Source: Myxococcales bacterium | GTDB taxonomy: Bacteria; Myxococcota_A; UBA9042 | Direction of reading: 5' to 3' | Assembly (NCBI GenBank): GCA_023954815.1 | Contig: JAGSHB010000003.1 | Location: 8,998 to 72,997 of the forward strand | DNA length: 64,000 bases | Shown here: positions 25,334 to 35,156 of the stretch, in pieces | How positions within the stretch are numbered: the first letter of the stretch is position 1 | How the letters are laid out: every line of letters begins with the position of its first letter | The notes under the pieces: model-generated | Databases searched by the model: none | What the model was told of the DNA's origin: nothing | The model's input: the letters and a program-made list of their open reading frames with translations, nothing else | Translations under genes and position numbers: made by a program

Positions 25334-27161
25334 TACCGCGATTGTCTGGGCGGCGCTGGTCGCTCTGTCGGCGCCTGCGCATGCGGCGTCCGGTGGGCGC
25401 GTGCCCACGGTTCGCCTGTTCGTCGATCTGCAAGACGCCACCTCCCGCACAGCTTGGCTGCGGTATCGCGCAGCCGTGAAGGCTGCCGGCACGCCCGTTC
25501 GCATGGTCGCGCATCCTATGCCGCTCGGTCGCAACCCCCGTGCTCGATCCGCTGCTGCTGCGGCGTTGGCAGCTCGTCAGATGGGCCACGGCAACGCATT
25601 TGTCGACGCACTTTTGCAGCGAGATTCACTCACAGACGCCGATTTTCGGGCCGCTGCGCGCGGTAGTGGCTTGGCAGTTGCCGATTTTGACAAGCGCCGC
25701 TCCGCCCCAGCGACCGTCTCATCTGTGGAGCGAGAGCGTAGCGCAGCGATTGCGCTGGGGGTCCGGGCGACTCCTAGCGCGCTTCTCATGGGGCGTGGGG
25801 TCTCTGGTCTGCCGCCAACCGTGACACTACGCGCAGCTCTGGCCCATGCCTTGCGGCGCTGGCGCACCTGTAACAAAGCCGCCAACTCCGATTGCGAGGG
25901 CGCCAAGGTTGGCGCGGCGGGGTCTGCGTCCCGCGCGGCATTCGATGTGCTGCGCGGCCGTGTCTCCAAAAACAACAAAACTGCCGCCTCAACTGCCGGT
26001 TCGACGATCGCCCGTGTTGTGCCGGGGCGCTTGGGCGAGCGGTGGCGTGTTGCGCTACCGAAATCACCCTTGTCGCTGGGCGACAATGCCAACGTGACAG
26101 TGGTGTGGTACGTCGATCCGAGTCAGCCGCGCTGCTGCAGCGGCGGTCGGAGTCTGCTCGCCCGGGCTCAGGCAGATGAAGTTCGCCTCGTCGTCATTCC
26201 TGTCGCAAACGGTCCGGACTTCGCCCCGGCTTCGGCATTGCACGGGATGAAGACGACCGAAGAGCAGCGGGCTCATGTCGTACGTCAGCTGCTCAAGCAC
26301 GGCGGGGGCCCCCTCACAGCGTTGGCGAAGCTCCTTGGGCTCCGGGGACTCGCTAGGGCTGCGGCGGCCCCTCAGGCGGCTGTTGAACTCGCCGCTGCCG
26401 CGGCGCTCGCTGCCAAGGTCGCGGCTGCGCCTGGTTCGCTCTTTATCAACGGTCGCCGCTGGCTGGGGCCGGTCGGCGGACCGTCCTTTGCCGCCGCCAT
26501 CTCAGCCGCCCGCTCTGAGGCCCGCTCGCTCGCCGGTGTTTCGACAACGGCCCGCTACGCCCACCTTATCGCCCACGGGCGCGTGCGGAGCGCCGTCGAG
26601 GCTGACCTCGAACCGGCCGAAGAGCTGTCGGGGCTCGATGCGCTAGCGGACCTAGGCTCGACTGGCGCCGCGACTCCAAAGGCGGTCGATGCTTGGTTGT
26701 TCGTCGACTTTCGCCGCATGGGGTCACGCGCCGCGTTCTTCGCGCTGAAGTTTCTGCAGTCTCATGGTGCCCCACCGGTTCGCCTCCACCTCGCCAGTCT
26801 GACATCGACTCGGGAGCCTGGCGTCTCGCCGGCGGGGGCGGCCCTGCTCATCGCCGCCCGCCACGGCAAGGCCTTGGCTTGCGCCACGCGGCTCTTCGGC
26901 GCATCGGACCCAGACGATTGGCGTCAATTACGCCGTATTTTCAAGAAGATTGGGCTAAAACCGCGGCTCCTCGCCAAGCAGTCGCGCAGTCCGGGCGTGC
27001 GCGCGGCCATGGCGAAGATTGCGCGCCTCAAGCGCGAGCACGACATGCTGCAAGCGCCGGTGCTGTATCTCGGATCCAGACGATACGTCGGCCCAATCGA
27101 CGAAAATCGCATCGCCGCCGCAGTGAAGTTCATTGCGCGTCACAAGGAGGCGCCCCAGTGA
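25323..27161 (+). CDS. Secreted DsbA/thioredoxin-fold-like protein; active-site CxxC not evident
   Basis: GTG start at 25323, 11 nt before the upstream stop. Signal peptide RASTAIVWAALVALSAPAHA. Ala/Arg-rich with DsbA-like spacing. Confidence 0.55.
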   Translation: MRASTAIVWAALVALSAPAHAASGGRVPTVRLFVDLQDATSRTAWLRYRAAVKAAGTPVRMVAHPMPLGRNPRARSAAAAALAARQMGHGNAFVDALLQRDSLTDADFRAAARGSGLAVADFDKRRSAPATVSSVERERSAAIALGVRATPSALLMGRGVSGLPPTVTLRAALAHALRRWRTCNKAANSDCEGAKVGAAGSASRAAFDVLRGRVSKNNKTAASTAGSTIARVVPGRLGERWRVALPKSPLSLGDNANVTVVWYVDPSQPRCCSGGRSLLARAQADEVRLVVIPVANGPDFAPASALHGMKTTEEQRAHVVRQLLKHGGGPLTALAKLLGLRGLARAAAAPQAAVELAAAAALAAKVAAAPGSLFINGRRWLGPVGGPSFAAAISAARSEARSLAGVSTTARYAHLIAHGRVRSAVEADLEPAEELSGLDALADLGSTGAATPKAVDAWLFVDFRRMGSRAAFFALKFLQSHGAPPVRLHLASLTSTREPGVSPAGAALLIAARHGKALACATRLFGASDPDDWRQLRRIFKKIGLKPRLLAKQSRSPGVRAAMAKIARLKREHDMLQAPVLYLGSRRYVGPIDENRIAAAVKFIARHKEAPQ

Positions 27162-27571
27162 AACGGCAGCTCTCCTGGACCCTGCGCGGGACGTGGTTGC
27201 CCTATGGTACGCCAGATGTGGTGCGGCCCGCCGAGCTGGCGGTTCACGCGCACAAGGGTGACGACGGACTCGACCTCCGCGGGCATTTGACGCTCACCGG
27301 GTGGCTGGACAGAGCACCTGTCGTGGGTACGCTCTCCTGGATAGCGGGCCTACGTCCATCGGTCCGCTATCGCCTCACCGTTGCTGTGGACCCAGAGCTG
27401 ACCCTAGATTTCACGCTGAGGCCGCGCCTGTCTCAGCCGATCGATAGCGTCACACGTTTGTGGACCGAAGTGATCAGCGCACGGGGCACCGAGGGGCTGC
27501 TCCATCTGCGCTTCGATATCAGACGTGACCTGGCCCCTCACCTTCTCTCCCTCTTACGCCCATCGTTGTGA
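27158..27571 (+). CDS. Small hypothetical protein (~137 aa), translationally coupled
   Basis: Strong RBS AAGGAGG 7 nt before a GTG that overlaps the upstream TGA (GTGA). No recognizable domain. Confidence 0.5.
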   Translation: MKRQLSWTLRGTWLPYGTPDVVRPAELAVHAHKGDDGLDLRGHLTLTGWLDRAPVVGTLSWIAGLRPSVRYRLTVAVDPELTLDFTLRPRLSQPIDSVTRLWTEVISARGTEGLLHLRFDIRRDLAPHLLSLLRPSL

Positions 27572-27591
27572 GTGATCGACCGGAGCCCTTG

Positions 27592-28827
27592 ATGACGCCG
27601 CACCTTTCTCGCCGTGCTTTGGATGCCCCAGCCTCCCCCATTCGTCGCCTCATGCCGTTCGCCGATGGGGCGCGCGACCGGGGGCTGCATGTGCACCACC
27701 TCAACATTGGCCAGCCCGATATTGCGACCTCGAGCACCATGCGTGCCGCCTACCAGGCCTTTTCGGATGAGGTCGTTGCTTACAGTCCGTCGCAGGGCAC
27801 CCTCAGCCTGCGCAACGCCCTGGCTGACTACTGCCGGAGCAATCAGCTGCATGGCGCGCAGAAACCGGTGGACCCCGACCAGATTCTCGTGACGGTCGGC
27901 GGCAGCGAGGCGCTGCTCTTTACCATTGCTGCAGCTTGCGATTTCGGCGATAGCATCGTCGTAGCCGAGCCGTACTACACGAACTACAAAGGCTTTGCGC
28001 ATCTATTGGGCTGTGATGTCGTGCCGCTGACGACTGGCCCAGAAGATGGTTTTGATGTCGATCCAGCCCGGCTGTCAGCCCGGCTCGCGGCCCACCCTCG
28101 GGCACGGGCGTTCATTGTTCCATCACCCGGCAACCCCACCGGCGCCGTCTTGACCACAGAACGCTTGTCCCAAATCGCCGCGGTTTGCCGCGAGCATGGC
28201 GTCTTTTTCGTCGTCGATGAGGTCTATCGCGAGTTCGTCTATGACGACGAGTTGGCTGGGGGAGTCGCCCCTTCAGCCCTGGCCCTGCCGGACATGGGCG
28301 AGCACGTTGTCGTCATCGATTCCGTCTCGAAACGCTACTCTGCGTGCGGTTCCCGGGTGGGGTGGCTCATCACGCGCAACGCGTCGCTGTATGCTGCCTG
28401 CCTGAAGTTTGCCCAAACTCGACTGTCACCGCCCACAGTGGATCAATTTGCCGCAGAGGCGGCGGTGCGGACCCCCATGGGCGAGATGCGCGCCAACATC
28501 GCCGCCTACCAAGCGAGGCGTGATGTTGTGGTCAGTGGACTCAACGCCATTGAGGGTGTCTCTTGCCCAAACCCAGCCGGCGCTTTCTATCTCGTTGCCG
28601 ACCTGCCGATCACCGATTCCAACGCTTTTTGTCGCTTCTTGTTGGAAGAATTCGAGCTGGACGGTGAGACGGTGATGCTCGCTCCAGCCGGCGGTTTTTA
28701 TGCCACGCCAGGCGCCGGAATGAACCAGGTGAGATTGGCCTATGTGCTTGATATTCCGGCTTTGAAGCGCAGTTTGCGCATCATATCCGAAGGCTTGTTG
28801 GCCTTTCAGCGGCGCGGAAACATATAG
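27592..28827 (+). CDS. PLP-dependent aminotransferase, class I/II (AspC family)
   Basis: Motif SVSKRYSACGSRVGW (PLP-binding Lys). GGAG 6 nt upstream of the ATG. An alternative GTG start at 27568 overlaps the upstream stop. Confidence 0.8.
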   Translation: MTPHLSRRALDAPASPIRRLMPFADGARDRGLHVHHLNIGQPDIATSSTMRAAYQAFSDEVVAYSPSQGTLSLRNALADYCRSNQLHGAQKPVDPDQILVTVGGSEALLFTIAAACDFGDSIVVAEPYYTNYKGFAHLLGCDVVPLTTGPEDGFDVDPARLSARLAAHPRARAFIVPSPGNPTGAVLTTERLSQIAAVCREHGVFFVVDEVYREFVYDDELAGGVAPSALALPDMGEHVVVIDSVSKRYSACGSRVGWLITRNASLYAACLKFAQTRLSPPTVDQFAAEAAVRTPMGEMRANIAAYQARRDVVVSGLNAIEGVSCPNPAGAFYLVADLPITDSNAFCRFLLEEFELDGETVMLAPAGGFYATPGAGMNQVRLAYVLDIPALKRSLRIISEGLLAFQRRGNI

Positions 28828-28845
28828 GGGCCGGGGCCTGTGCGG

Positions 28846-29511
28846 CTACGCTGGATCGCTCGCGTCGTCACCTTTGCGACGGCCTTCCAGCCAGTGCTTG
28901 AGCAGGAAGACGCCGCCAGCGACCAGGATGAGCAGCAGGATGCCGTGCTCTGCCTGCCTGGCCTTGTCGATCACCATGTCGAATTGCGCGCCCCAATACC
29001 ACGCGGCGCCCACCAGCGCCGGAACGCTGATCAGCATCGCCAATCCGTCGTAGCGTAGAAAACGGCCGAAGGAGATGCCCAACGTGCCGCTGGTGAAGAA
29101 TACGACCGAGCGTAGTCCGGGCATGAAGCGCGCACTGAACAACACCTTGGGGCCGTTGCGTTGCAGAAACCCCCGCGCCTTCTCCAATCTGCCGCCGCCA
29201 AACATCGAGCGAAACGGCCAAACCCCAATGAGTTTGTCGCCAAATTTTCGCCCCAGTATGAACATGAACGAATCGCCGATCATCACGCCCAGGATGCCCA
29301 CAATGATGGCGGTACCGATCCAGGCATGTGGCCGCGGAGAGCCGTCCGGCATGACGTGGTACGTCATGTAGCCCATCAGCAGCAAAGTGATGTCTTCGGG
29401 CACCGGCAAGCCCAATCCACAGAGCAACAAGACGGTGAACCCGATCGCATAGATCGTCGCACCGTCGAGGCTCATGAGGTAGGTGATGACGTCGCCGATC
29501 CAGGCGTCCAT
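28846..29511 (-). CDS. DedA/SNARE-associated family membrane protein
   Basis: DedA signature region (GLPVPEDITLL..., GRKFGDKL). Start MDAWIGDV. Confidence 0.75.
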   Translation of the reverse strand: MDAWIGDVITYLMSLDGATIYAIGFTVLLLCGLGLPVPEDITLLLMGYMTYHVMPDGSPRPHAWIGTAIIVGILGVMIGDSFMFILGRKFGDKLIGVWPFRSMFGGGRLEKARGFLQRNGPKVLFSARFMPGLRSVVFFTSGTLGISFGRFLRYDGLAMLISVPALVGAAWYWGAQFDMVIDKARQAEHGILLLILVAGGVFLLKHWLEGRRKGDDASDPA

Positions 29512-29537
29512 GTCGGGCTCCGATAGGGGGGGGCTCT

Positions 29538-30278
29538 CTAACCGCGGTGTCGTTCTTTGATGCGCTTGCTGGCATCGCGCGCCCAACGCCGTACCTGTGG
29601 CGGCTGCGACAAGTTAGTCCACCCGCCGACCTTGGCCAGGAACTTAGCGTCATCCACGCCGCCGATCTCGCCGATGAGGTCTAGCGCGGAGTCGAGCATA
29701 TGCGCGGTCGGATGATCGAATAGGTGGCGCAGGCGCGGCAGAATCGCGGCCTTGTCATGGTGGAGCAGCGCGTCTCCCGCGGCGCAGCGAACATTGCTAT
29801 CCGGGTCGAGCAGCGCGCCGAACAGGGCGTCTTCCGCCTCCTCCTCCCGGAACTGACCCAAGGCTCTAGCCGCACGCCAGCGCACGTTCCACTCACCGTC
29901 ATCGGCGGATGCGATGAGAATATCGAGGGCCTCTTCACTGTCAGGCCAACTCTCCAACCCACCCACTGCGGATGCCCGCACTTCAACAATGGGGTCGCCA
30001 GCGCGCTTGAGCAACTTGACCAGCGCCGCATCACCCAACCACACCGCCAGCCCATCTACCGCCAACTCCCGCGTGGTTGGGTCTTCGCTGTCGGCATGTT
30101 TGAGCAGCATCTGCTCGGCGTCATCCGCGGCCAACTCGTCGCGTAACTCCTGCCAATTGTCCCGCCGTTTGTTGTCCTCGGCGTTGGCGCCCATCAGACG
30201 AGCCAACCGGCGAAGCGCCCGAACGATGACGGCTGGATTGTCCGAGCGGAGACCGCGAGCGATAGAACGGGTGGACAT
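29538..30278 (-). CDS. HEAT/PBS-lyase-like repeat protein
   Basis: Repeated motifs of the form VRxxAxxALG / ARALGQF. Confidence 0.55.
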   Translation of the reverse strand: MSTRSIARGLRSDNPAVIVRALRRLARLMGANAEDNKRRDNWQELRDELAADDAEQMLLKHADSEDPTTRELAVDGLAVWLGDAALVKLLKRAGDPIVEVRASAVGGLESWPDSEEALDILIASADDGEWNVRWRAARALGQFREEEAEDALFGALLDPDSNVRCAAGDALLHHDKAAILPRLRHLFDHPTAHMLDSALDLIGEIGGVDDAKFLAKVGGWTNLSQPPQVRRWARDASKRIKERHRG

Positions 30279-30322
30279 AAACTCTCCCAATTCGGAGTGG
30301 GTGACGAGATGTGGCTCGGAGT

Positions 30323-30802
30323 CTAGACGTCGGTGTCGAGTCCATGGGGCGACTTGTGCACGTGAACCACCCGCCAAGCCTCATCGTGCTGCTCAAGCAC
30401 TACAGACTCGTCAGAGTGCGCCTGCACAACCATGCCGTGCTCCAGCGCCTGCACACGCAAAGTGTAGCTGGCGACCGCGACGCGGTCGTACAGCCGCAGC
30501 AAGAGGTCCTCAAGTGTCCACGAGACGTCCGCAGGCGGACTCTGCTCCCGAATCCAGTCTTCGTGCAGATTGCGACCCTCGATGCGGCCATCCTGCGTGT
30601 ACCACTCGTAAGTCGTCATCGTCATTGATGTTGTCGCGAGAAACACCTCAAGGTCGTGATTGAGGTTCGCCGCCACCCAGGCTTCCAGGGTGGCGAGGAC
30701 CGCAGTACTCTCGTCGTCGTCGAGTGAACTCGCTAAGATCGCCGGGTCGACGGTAGGGATTGGAAAGTCGGTCAAGGGGACAACTCCATCGCCGGCATTC
30801 AC
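30323..30802 (-). CDS. NTF2/SnoaL-like fold protein (DUF4440-like)
   Basis: GTG start. Motif VLATLEAWVAANLNHDLEVFLA typical of SnoaL-like N-termini. Confidence 0.45.
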   Translation of the reverse strand: MNAGDGVVPLTDFPIPTVDPAILASSLDDDESTAVLATLEAWVAANLNHDLEVFLATTSMTMTTYEWYTQDGRIEGRNLHEDWIREQSPPADVSWTLEDLLLRLYDRVAVASYTLRVQALEHGMVVQAHSDESVVLEQHDEAWRVVHVHKSPHGLDTDV

Positions 30803-30832
30803 CCGGTGGACACCGAGTGTGGGGATCGCCGA

Positions 30833-32623
30833 TCAAGGGATCGCGGGCCGTGTCGATCGAGCGCAACACTCGCGAAAGTCACAAAGGACTCGTTTCTTGA
30901 GGAGTTTCGTAGGATCTTCAGGCACTTGAAATCTGACGTCCTTGAACTCCGGGCACTCGTCGCACACGGAGGTCGGCAGACAGCGCATGGTATAGCTGCG
31001 ACCGGTCTCAAGCGGTAGTCGTTTTACGCCGTTCTTTGTGATCAGTTTGCCATCGAGGTACAGGGTCGCGCTTGGCGGCAGGCTCGCGAGCGTAAAGACA
31101 ACCAACCCCTTGGGTTCCGGCGTGGCTACCTGCTTCGAGCCGCCAACGCTGGTTGGTGCCGGGCGCCGGTTGGGTCGCGGGTGTCGTCGCGCACCACGGA
31201 CTTTCTTCTTAACGACTGGCAGCGCAGCCCGAGAATCCGGGGTTTTAGCGGCTACATCGACCGGTTCAGCTCGCTTGATCGGGTCGGGAGCCGTCGGCGC
31301 GGCAGCAGCTGTACCAGCGGTTCGCGTAGGGGTGGGCGAAGCGGCTGCGACCTTTTTCGGTGCGGCCTTTGCCTTGGGGATCATCGCCAACTCGTCAGGC
31401 GCGCTGGGCAAGGTCGCAGCCTTGATCGCATCTGTGGGCAGTGGCGCAGTGGCTTCCGTTCGAGGTGGAGGCGGTGTTGATCCGACGCCGAGCCAGACAC
31501 CGGCGACAACAGCTGCCACGCTGCTCAATATCGCCACATGTTTGAGGCGTTTGTGACGGCGGGAGCGCGAGGTCAAATCGCTCAGCCCACGCCGCGGGTC
31601 GAGTGCGTCTGGGTCGATCGCCAGCGCACGGTTGTACGCACTGATCGCCAGCGCCAACGAGCCTTCGCGGGCCTGCCGACGCCCTTCAGCGCACAGAGAC
31701 CTCACAAGCAACGGACGCCATTCCAGCTGAAACTGCTCGGGGGCTGTCAGCAACCGCGGAACCAGGGTCGCTACGTCGTTCATGTCGAACTGGTGGAGGT
31801 ACGTCTCCAATGTGTCCTGCACCGCCGCCATCGAAGAAAAGCGATCCTTCGGCTCGCGGGCCATACACGTATCGATAATCTCTTCGAAGCGCCGGCCGAT
31901 AGCTCCGCTGTAGCGACTTGGCGGCTCGTACTCGCACTCCAAGATCAGGCGAAATAGGGCGTGCGGGTTACTGGCCATAAACGGCAATTCACCAGTGACC
32001 AATTTGTATAGCAGTGTGCCAAAGGCGAAGATATCGACCCGGAAATCAGCCCCGCGGCCCTCGATCTGTTCTGGCGCCATGTGCGCCGGCGACCCCAAAA
32101 TCGTGCCTGTCGCTGTCATCTGCTCCAGATCCACTGCCGTCGCGATGCCAAAATCCATCAGCTTGATGGTGCCGTCTCGGGAGATCATCAGGTTGTCGGG
32201 CTTGATGTCGCGATGAACCAGCCCGTGGCTGTGGGCGTGCTTCAAGGCGCCGGCAATCGCGTGGGCAATCAGCGCCGCCGCTTGCGGCAGAAATGGGCCG
32301 TGAGCGTCACAAAATTCGGTCAGTGTGATGCCGTTGACGAACTCGGTGACCAGGTATGCGTCTGCGTCGTTGCCGCCCGAGTACGTATAGACGTCGACGA
32401 TGTTCGGGTGGTGAAGTCGGGCGATTGACTTCGCCTCACGACTAAATCGGGCCCGGGCGTCGGCGCGGCTGGCCAAGTGCGGATGCAGCACTTTGATCGC
32501 AACGTCACGATCGAGCTCCGTGTCGCGACCCAAGTAGACTGTGGCCATACCGCCACTACCCACCTGTTCCACGACCAGGAACTTATCTCCGAAGACCCGG
32601 CTGTCGACGCCCTGATCGTTCAC
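30833..32623 (-). CDS. Serine/threonine protein kinase with TM segment and C-terminal extracytoplasmic region
   Basis: Motifs GSGGMATVY, AIK, HRDIKPDNL, DFGIA and GSPAHMAPE. TM segment at about aa 375-395. Confidence 0.9.
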   Translation of the reverse strand: MNDQGVDSRVFGDKFLVVEQVGSGGMATVYLGRDTELDRDVAIKVLHPHLASRADARARFSREAKSIARLHHPNIVDVYTYSGGNDADAYLVTEFVNGITLTEFCDAHGPFLPQAAALIAHAIAGALKHAHSHGLVHRDIKPDNLMISRDGTIKLMDFGIATAVDLEQMTATGTILGSPAHMAPEQIEGRGADFRVDIFAFGTLLYKLVTGELPFMASNPHALFRLILECEYEPPSRYSGAIGRRFEEIIDTCMAREPKDRFSSMAAVQDTLETYLHQFDMNDVATLVPRLLTAPEQFQLEWRPLLVRSLCAEGRRQAREGSLALAISAYNRALAIDPDALDPRRGLSDLTSRSRRHKRLKHVAILSSVAAVVAGVWLGVGSTPPPPRTEATAPLPTDAIKAATLPSAPDELAMIPKAKAAPKKVAAASPTPTRTAGTAAAAPTAPDPIKRAEPVDVAAKTPDSRAALPVVKKKVRGARRHPRPNRRPAPTSVGGSKQVATPEPKGLVVFTLASLPPSATLYLDGKLITKNGVKRLPLETGRSYTMRCLPTSVCDECPEFKDVRFQVPEDPTKLLKKRVLCDFRECCARSTRPAIP

Positions 32624-32883
32624 CCGTCCGCCTCACCTCGCCGGATGCACAGGCACCTGAGACCATTCTCGGACGCCGCGCACACGTATCCATGGGTGGA
32701 TTCACCCAGCTCCATTGAAGACCATGACAGCGCTTCACGCAATCATCCGGTTGGGGGAGCGTCATTGCATCGGGACATAGATGCCGCACCGTGGCCCGAT
32801 CATCGCCGGCTTTGGAGCGGCACAATCGCCTCCATTGACGCCAGACGACCTCCCAGGACAGAGTGCGCCCTCCGGAGGTGAGC

Positions 32884-34566
32884 GTGAGCGAGAAAATTCA
32901 AGATAAAACCGGCGTCCTAGCGGGAATCGCCCGAGACTTTCGCGCGCTCATGGGCTGCTCCAAGGATCTGTGGATCGTCTACGCGGTGAAGTTCATCGAG
33001 AGCGTCGCCTACTTTGCCGTGCTCGGCGTGCTCATCCTGTATTTGCACGACGATCTGCACTTCTCCGACGAGACTTCCGGCGGGATCTTCGGCACCTGGG
33101 GGACCCTGGTCAGCCTGATGACCTTCATCTCAGGGTTCGTGGCCGACGCCATGGGGCTCAGAAAGGCACTGCTGGTTGCGGCGGGCACCCTCGTGGTCGG
33201 GCGCGGATTGCTGCTCACCAGCGAGGTGCCTGCGCTGCCATTGCTGGGCCTCGTCATCTCGGTGTGGGGCGTGGCCTCCATGAAGCCGGTGATGACGGCC
33301 GCGGTGAAGGTGTACGCCCCGGCTGAACTCCGTGCGTTCGCTTACAACATCTTTTACGTCGTGATGAATCTAGGCGCCTTTGTCGCCGGCCACGTCGTGA
33401 GTTTCCTGCGTCGCTCCCTGCTGGGTCGTGTGATTCGCCCGAGTGAGATGCTCAGTGGCGTGATGCCCGCCGACAGCGCCGCACAAGAAGGTCTGACCCA
33501 GTCGTTGGTGCAGAAGTTTCCCGCCCCCGAGGGCGCCAAGTCTGTCACGGACGGTGCCATCGCTTTCGGCAAGCGCGTGACCGGTGGCCGCGATCAGGCT
33601 TTTTGGACGGACGCTGATTTAACCAGCATTCGCGAGGCTGCAGCGCAGTGGGCGCCGGGCTCTGCCATGCCCGACGTGCCCTTTGGCATCAGCGGCTACG
33701 AGCTCATCTTCTTGGTATCGGCGGTCCTATCGGTTGTCAGTTTGCTCCTGCTGACCCGTATGACGGCGGACAACAAGCGCGTGATCGAATCGTCTTCTAC
33801 CGGGCTCAGCGCCCAGCTGGCAGGGTTTCGTCACCTGATGGGGGAGGCTGGCAAGATCGGCAAGGGGCTGCTCGGCGAGCCGACGTTTCGGGCCTACATG
33901 CTGTTCATCTCGGTGCTGGTTCTGGTGCGGGCCATCTTTGTGCACGCCCACTCCACTTGGCCGACCTACATGATCCGCGAGTTTGGTGCCGATGTACCCC
34001 AAGCGGCGCTGTGGTCGCTCAACCCATTGCTCATCATCTTCCTGACGCCGGTCATCGGCTCGCTGACCAGTCGGTTCTCGTCCTGGTCTGTGATCATGTG
34101 GGGATCGTTCATCACGGCGGGGTCCGTCTTGTTCATGGTCGTCGCCGAGCCATCGGCTGCGATCGCGCAGGCCACCCTCTCGCCCGTATTCGGTACGTTT
34201 CTCGACTATCGTCTCGCGGGGCCCGTCGCGTTTGTCTTCGTGCTTTCGATCGGCGAGGCCCTGTGGTCGCCGCGATTATATGACTACGTGGCCACCATGG
34301 CACCAGAGGGGCGTGAGGCCAGCTACATGGGCCTGACGCAACTGCCGATGTTCGCCGCGAAGCCCGTCGTTGGTTTGATGAGTGGTTGGCTCCTGGCAAA
34401 CTACTGCCCAGAGACTGGCGCGCGCACCACCGAGATCATGTGGACCATCGTCTTCGCCACTACGCTCATCGGCCCACTCATCGCGCTTGGGTTCGCCAGC
34501 TACATTCGTGCGGCTGAGTTTGCTAAGGCCGCGGAAGATGAGGCGGCCTCGCTGGAAGCGGCATAG
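32884..34566 (+). CDS. MFS transporter, POT/PTR2-like (start within 32863-32884)
   Basis: Twelve or more TM segments. GGAGG 5 nt before the GTG at 32884; alternative GTG starts exist at 32863 and 32878. Confidence 0.65.
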   Translation: MSEKIQDKTGVLAGIARDFRALMGCSKDLWIVYAVKFIESVAYFAVLGVLILYLHDDLHFSDETSGGIFGTWGTLVSLMTFISGFVADAMGLRKALLVAAGTLVVGRGLLLTSEVPALPLLGLVISVWGVASMKPVMTAAVKVYAPAELRAFAYNIFYVVMNLGAFVAGHVVSFLRRSLLGRVIRPSEMLSGVMPADSAAQEGLTQSLVQKFPAPEGAKSVTDGAIAFGKRVTGGRDQAFWTDADLTSIREAAAQWAPGSAMPDVPFGISGYELIFLVSAVLSVVSLLLLTRMTADNKRVIESSSTGLSAQLAGFRHLMGEAGKIGKGLLGEPTFRAYMLFISVLVLVRAIFVHAHSTWPTYMIREFGADVPQAALWSLNPLLIIFLTPVIGSLTSRFSSWSVIMWGSFITAGSVLFMVVAEPSAAIAQATLSPVFGTFLDYRLAGPVAFVFVLSIGEALWSPRLYDYVATMAPEGREASYMGLTQLPMFAAKPVVGLMSGWLLANYCPETGARTTEIMWTIVFATTLIGPLIALGFASYIRAAEFAKAAEDEAASLEAA

Positions 34567-35087
34567 CGCAATCCAGTGTCGTTGGCCGGCGGCTGGCCTC
34601 GGAGCGGCCGCGTGCGGTGTTCGCCCCACGAACCAGCGCCAAAGCTGTGGCTTGTGGCGCGAAAAGATTCGGCCAATCAAAGGTTCTAGCGCTGGTTCGA
34701 CTCCAAGTAGGAGCCACCTGAGTGCGCACGAGTATCCCTCAACGTCCAGCGTTTATCAGTTGCGACGAGCCGTTCCGTCGGTTAGTCGGAGCATCGGCCA
34801 CGTCCCCGTCCGGTTGGCAGTGCAGGGCGCTGCCAGTCTCTGCCAATCAGTGCTTCAGCAGGCACCGGGCGGCCTGCACAGGTGAGTCGGAATCAGCTGA
34901 CAGGCAAAGGAGGGCCGTTGGGCTCCCGTCGGTTGGCGCGCATCGGTCATGGTACCCGAGGCGGCGCCACTTGGTCGGTACACTCCCGGTTTGTCGTTGG
35001 CTCTCGATACGTCACCCATAGCTGGCGGCACGCCACTCATGGCTGGCGCACACCACGACACATCGCCCAGCTAGCCGTGATCCCGCC

Positions 35088-35132
35088 CCCAAAACGAGCT
35101 GCGGCCCGGACACACAAGGGTGACCGGGCCGC
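35088..35132 (-). terminator. Putative intrinsic terminator after the LTD gene
   Basis: 9-bp GC stem gcggcccgg / ccgggccgc with a 14-nt loop, followed on the minus strand by AGCUCGUUUUGGGGG. Confidence 0.45.
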
Positions 35133-35156
35133 AGGCGCTTGTTCAGCGAAGACTGA

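Noticed and set aside
25174-25589. Short plus-strand and minus-strand ORFs at the junction of the two DsbA-like genes
   Set aside because: Alternate frames across an 11-nt gene overlap, with no independent signals.
28868-29653. 261-aa minus-strand ORF overlapping dedA in another frame
   Set aside because: An alternate frame of a gene with a clear DedA signature. Its translation is Arg-rich junk.
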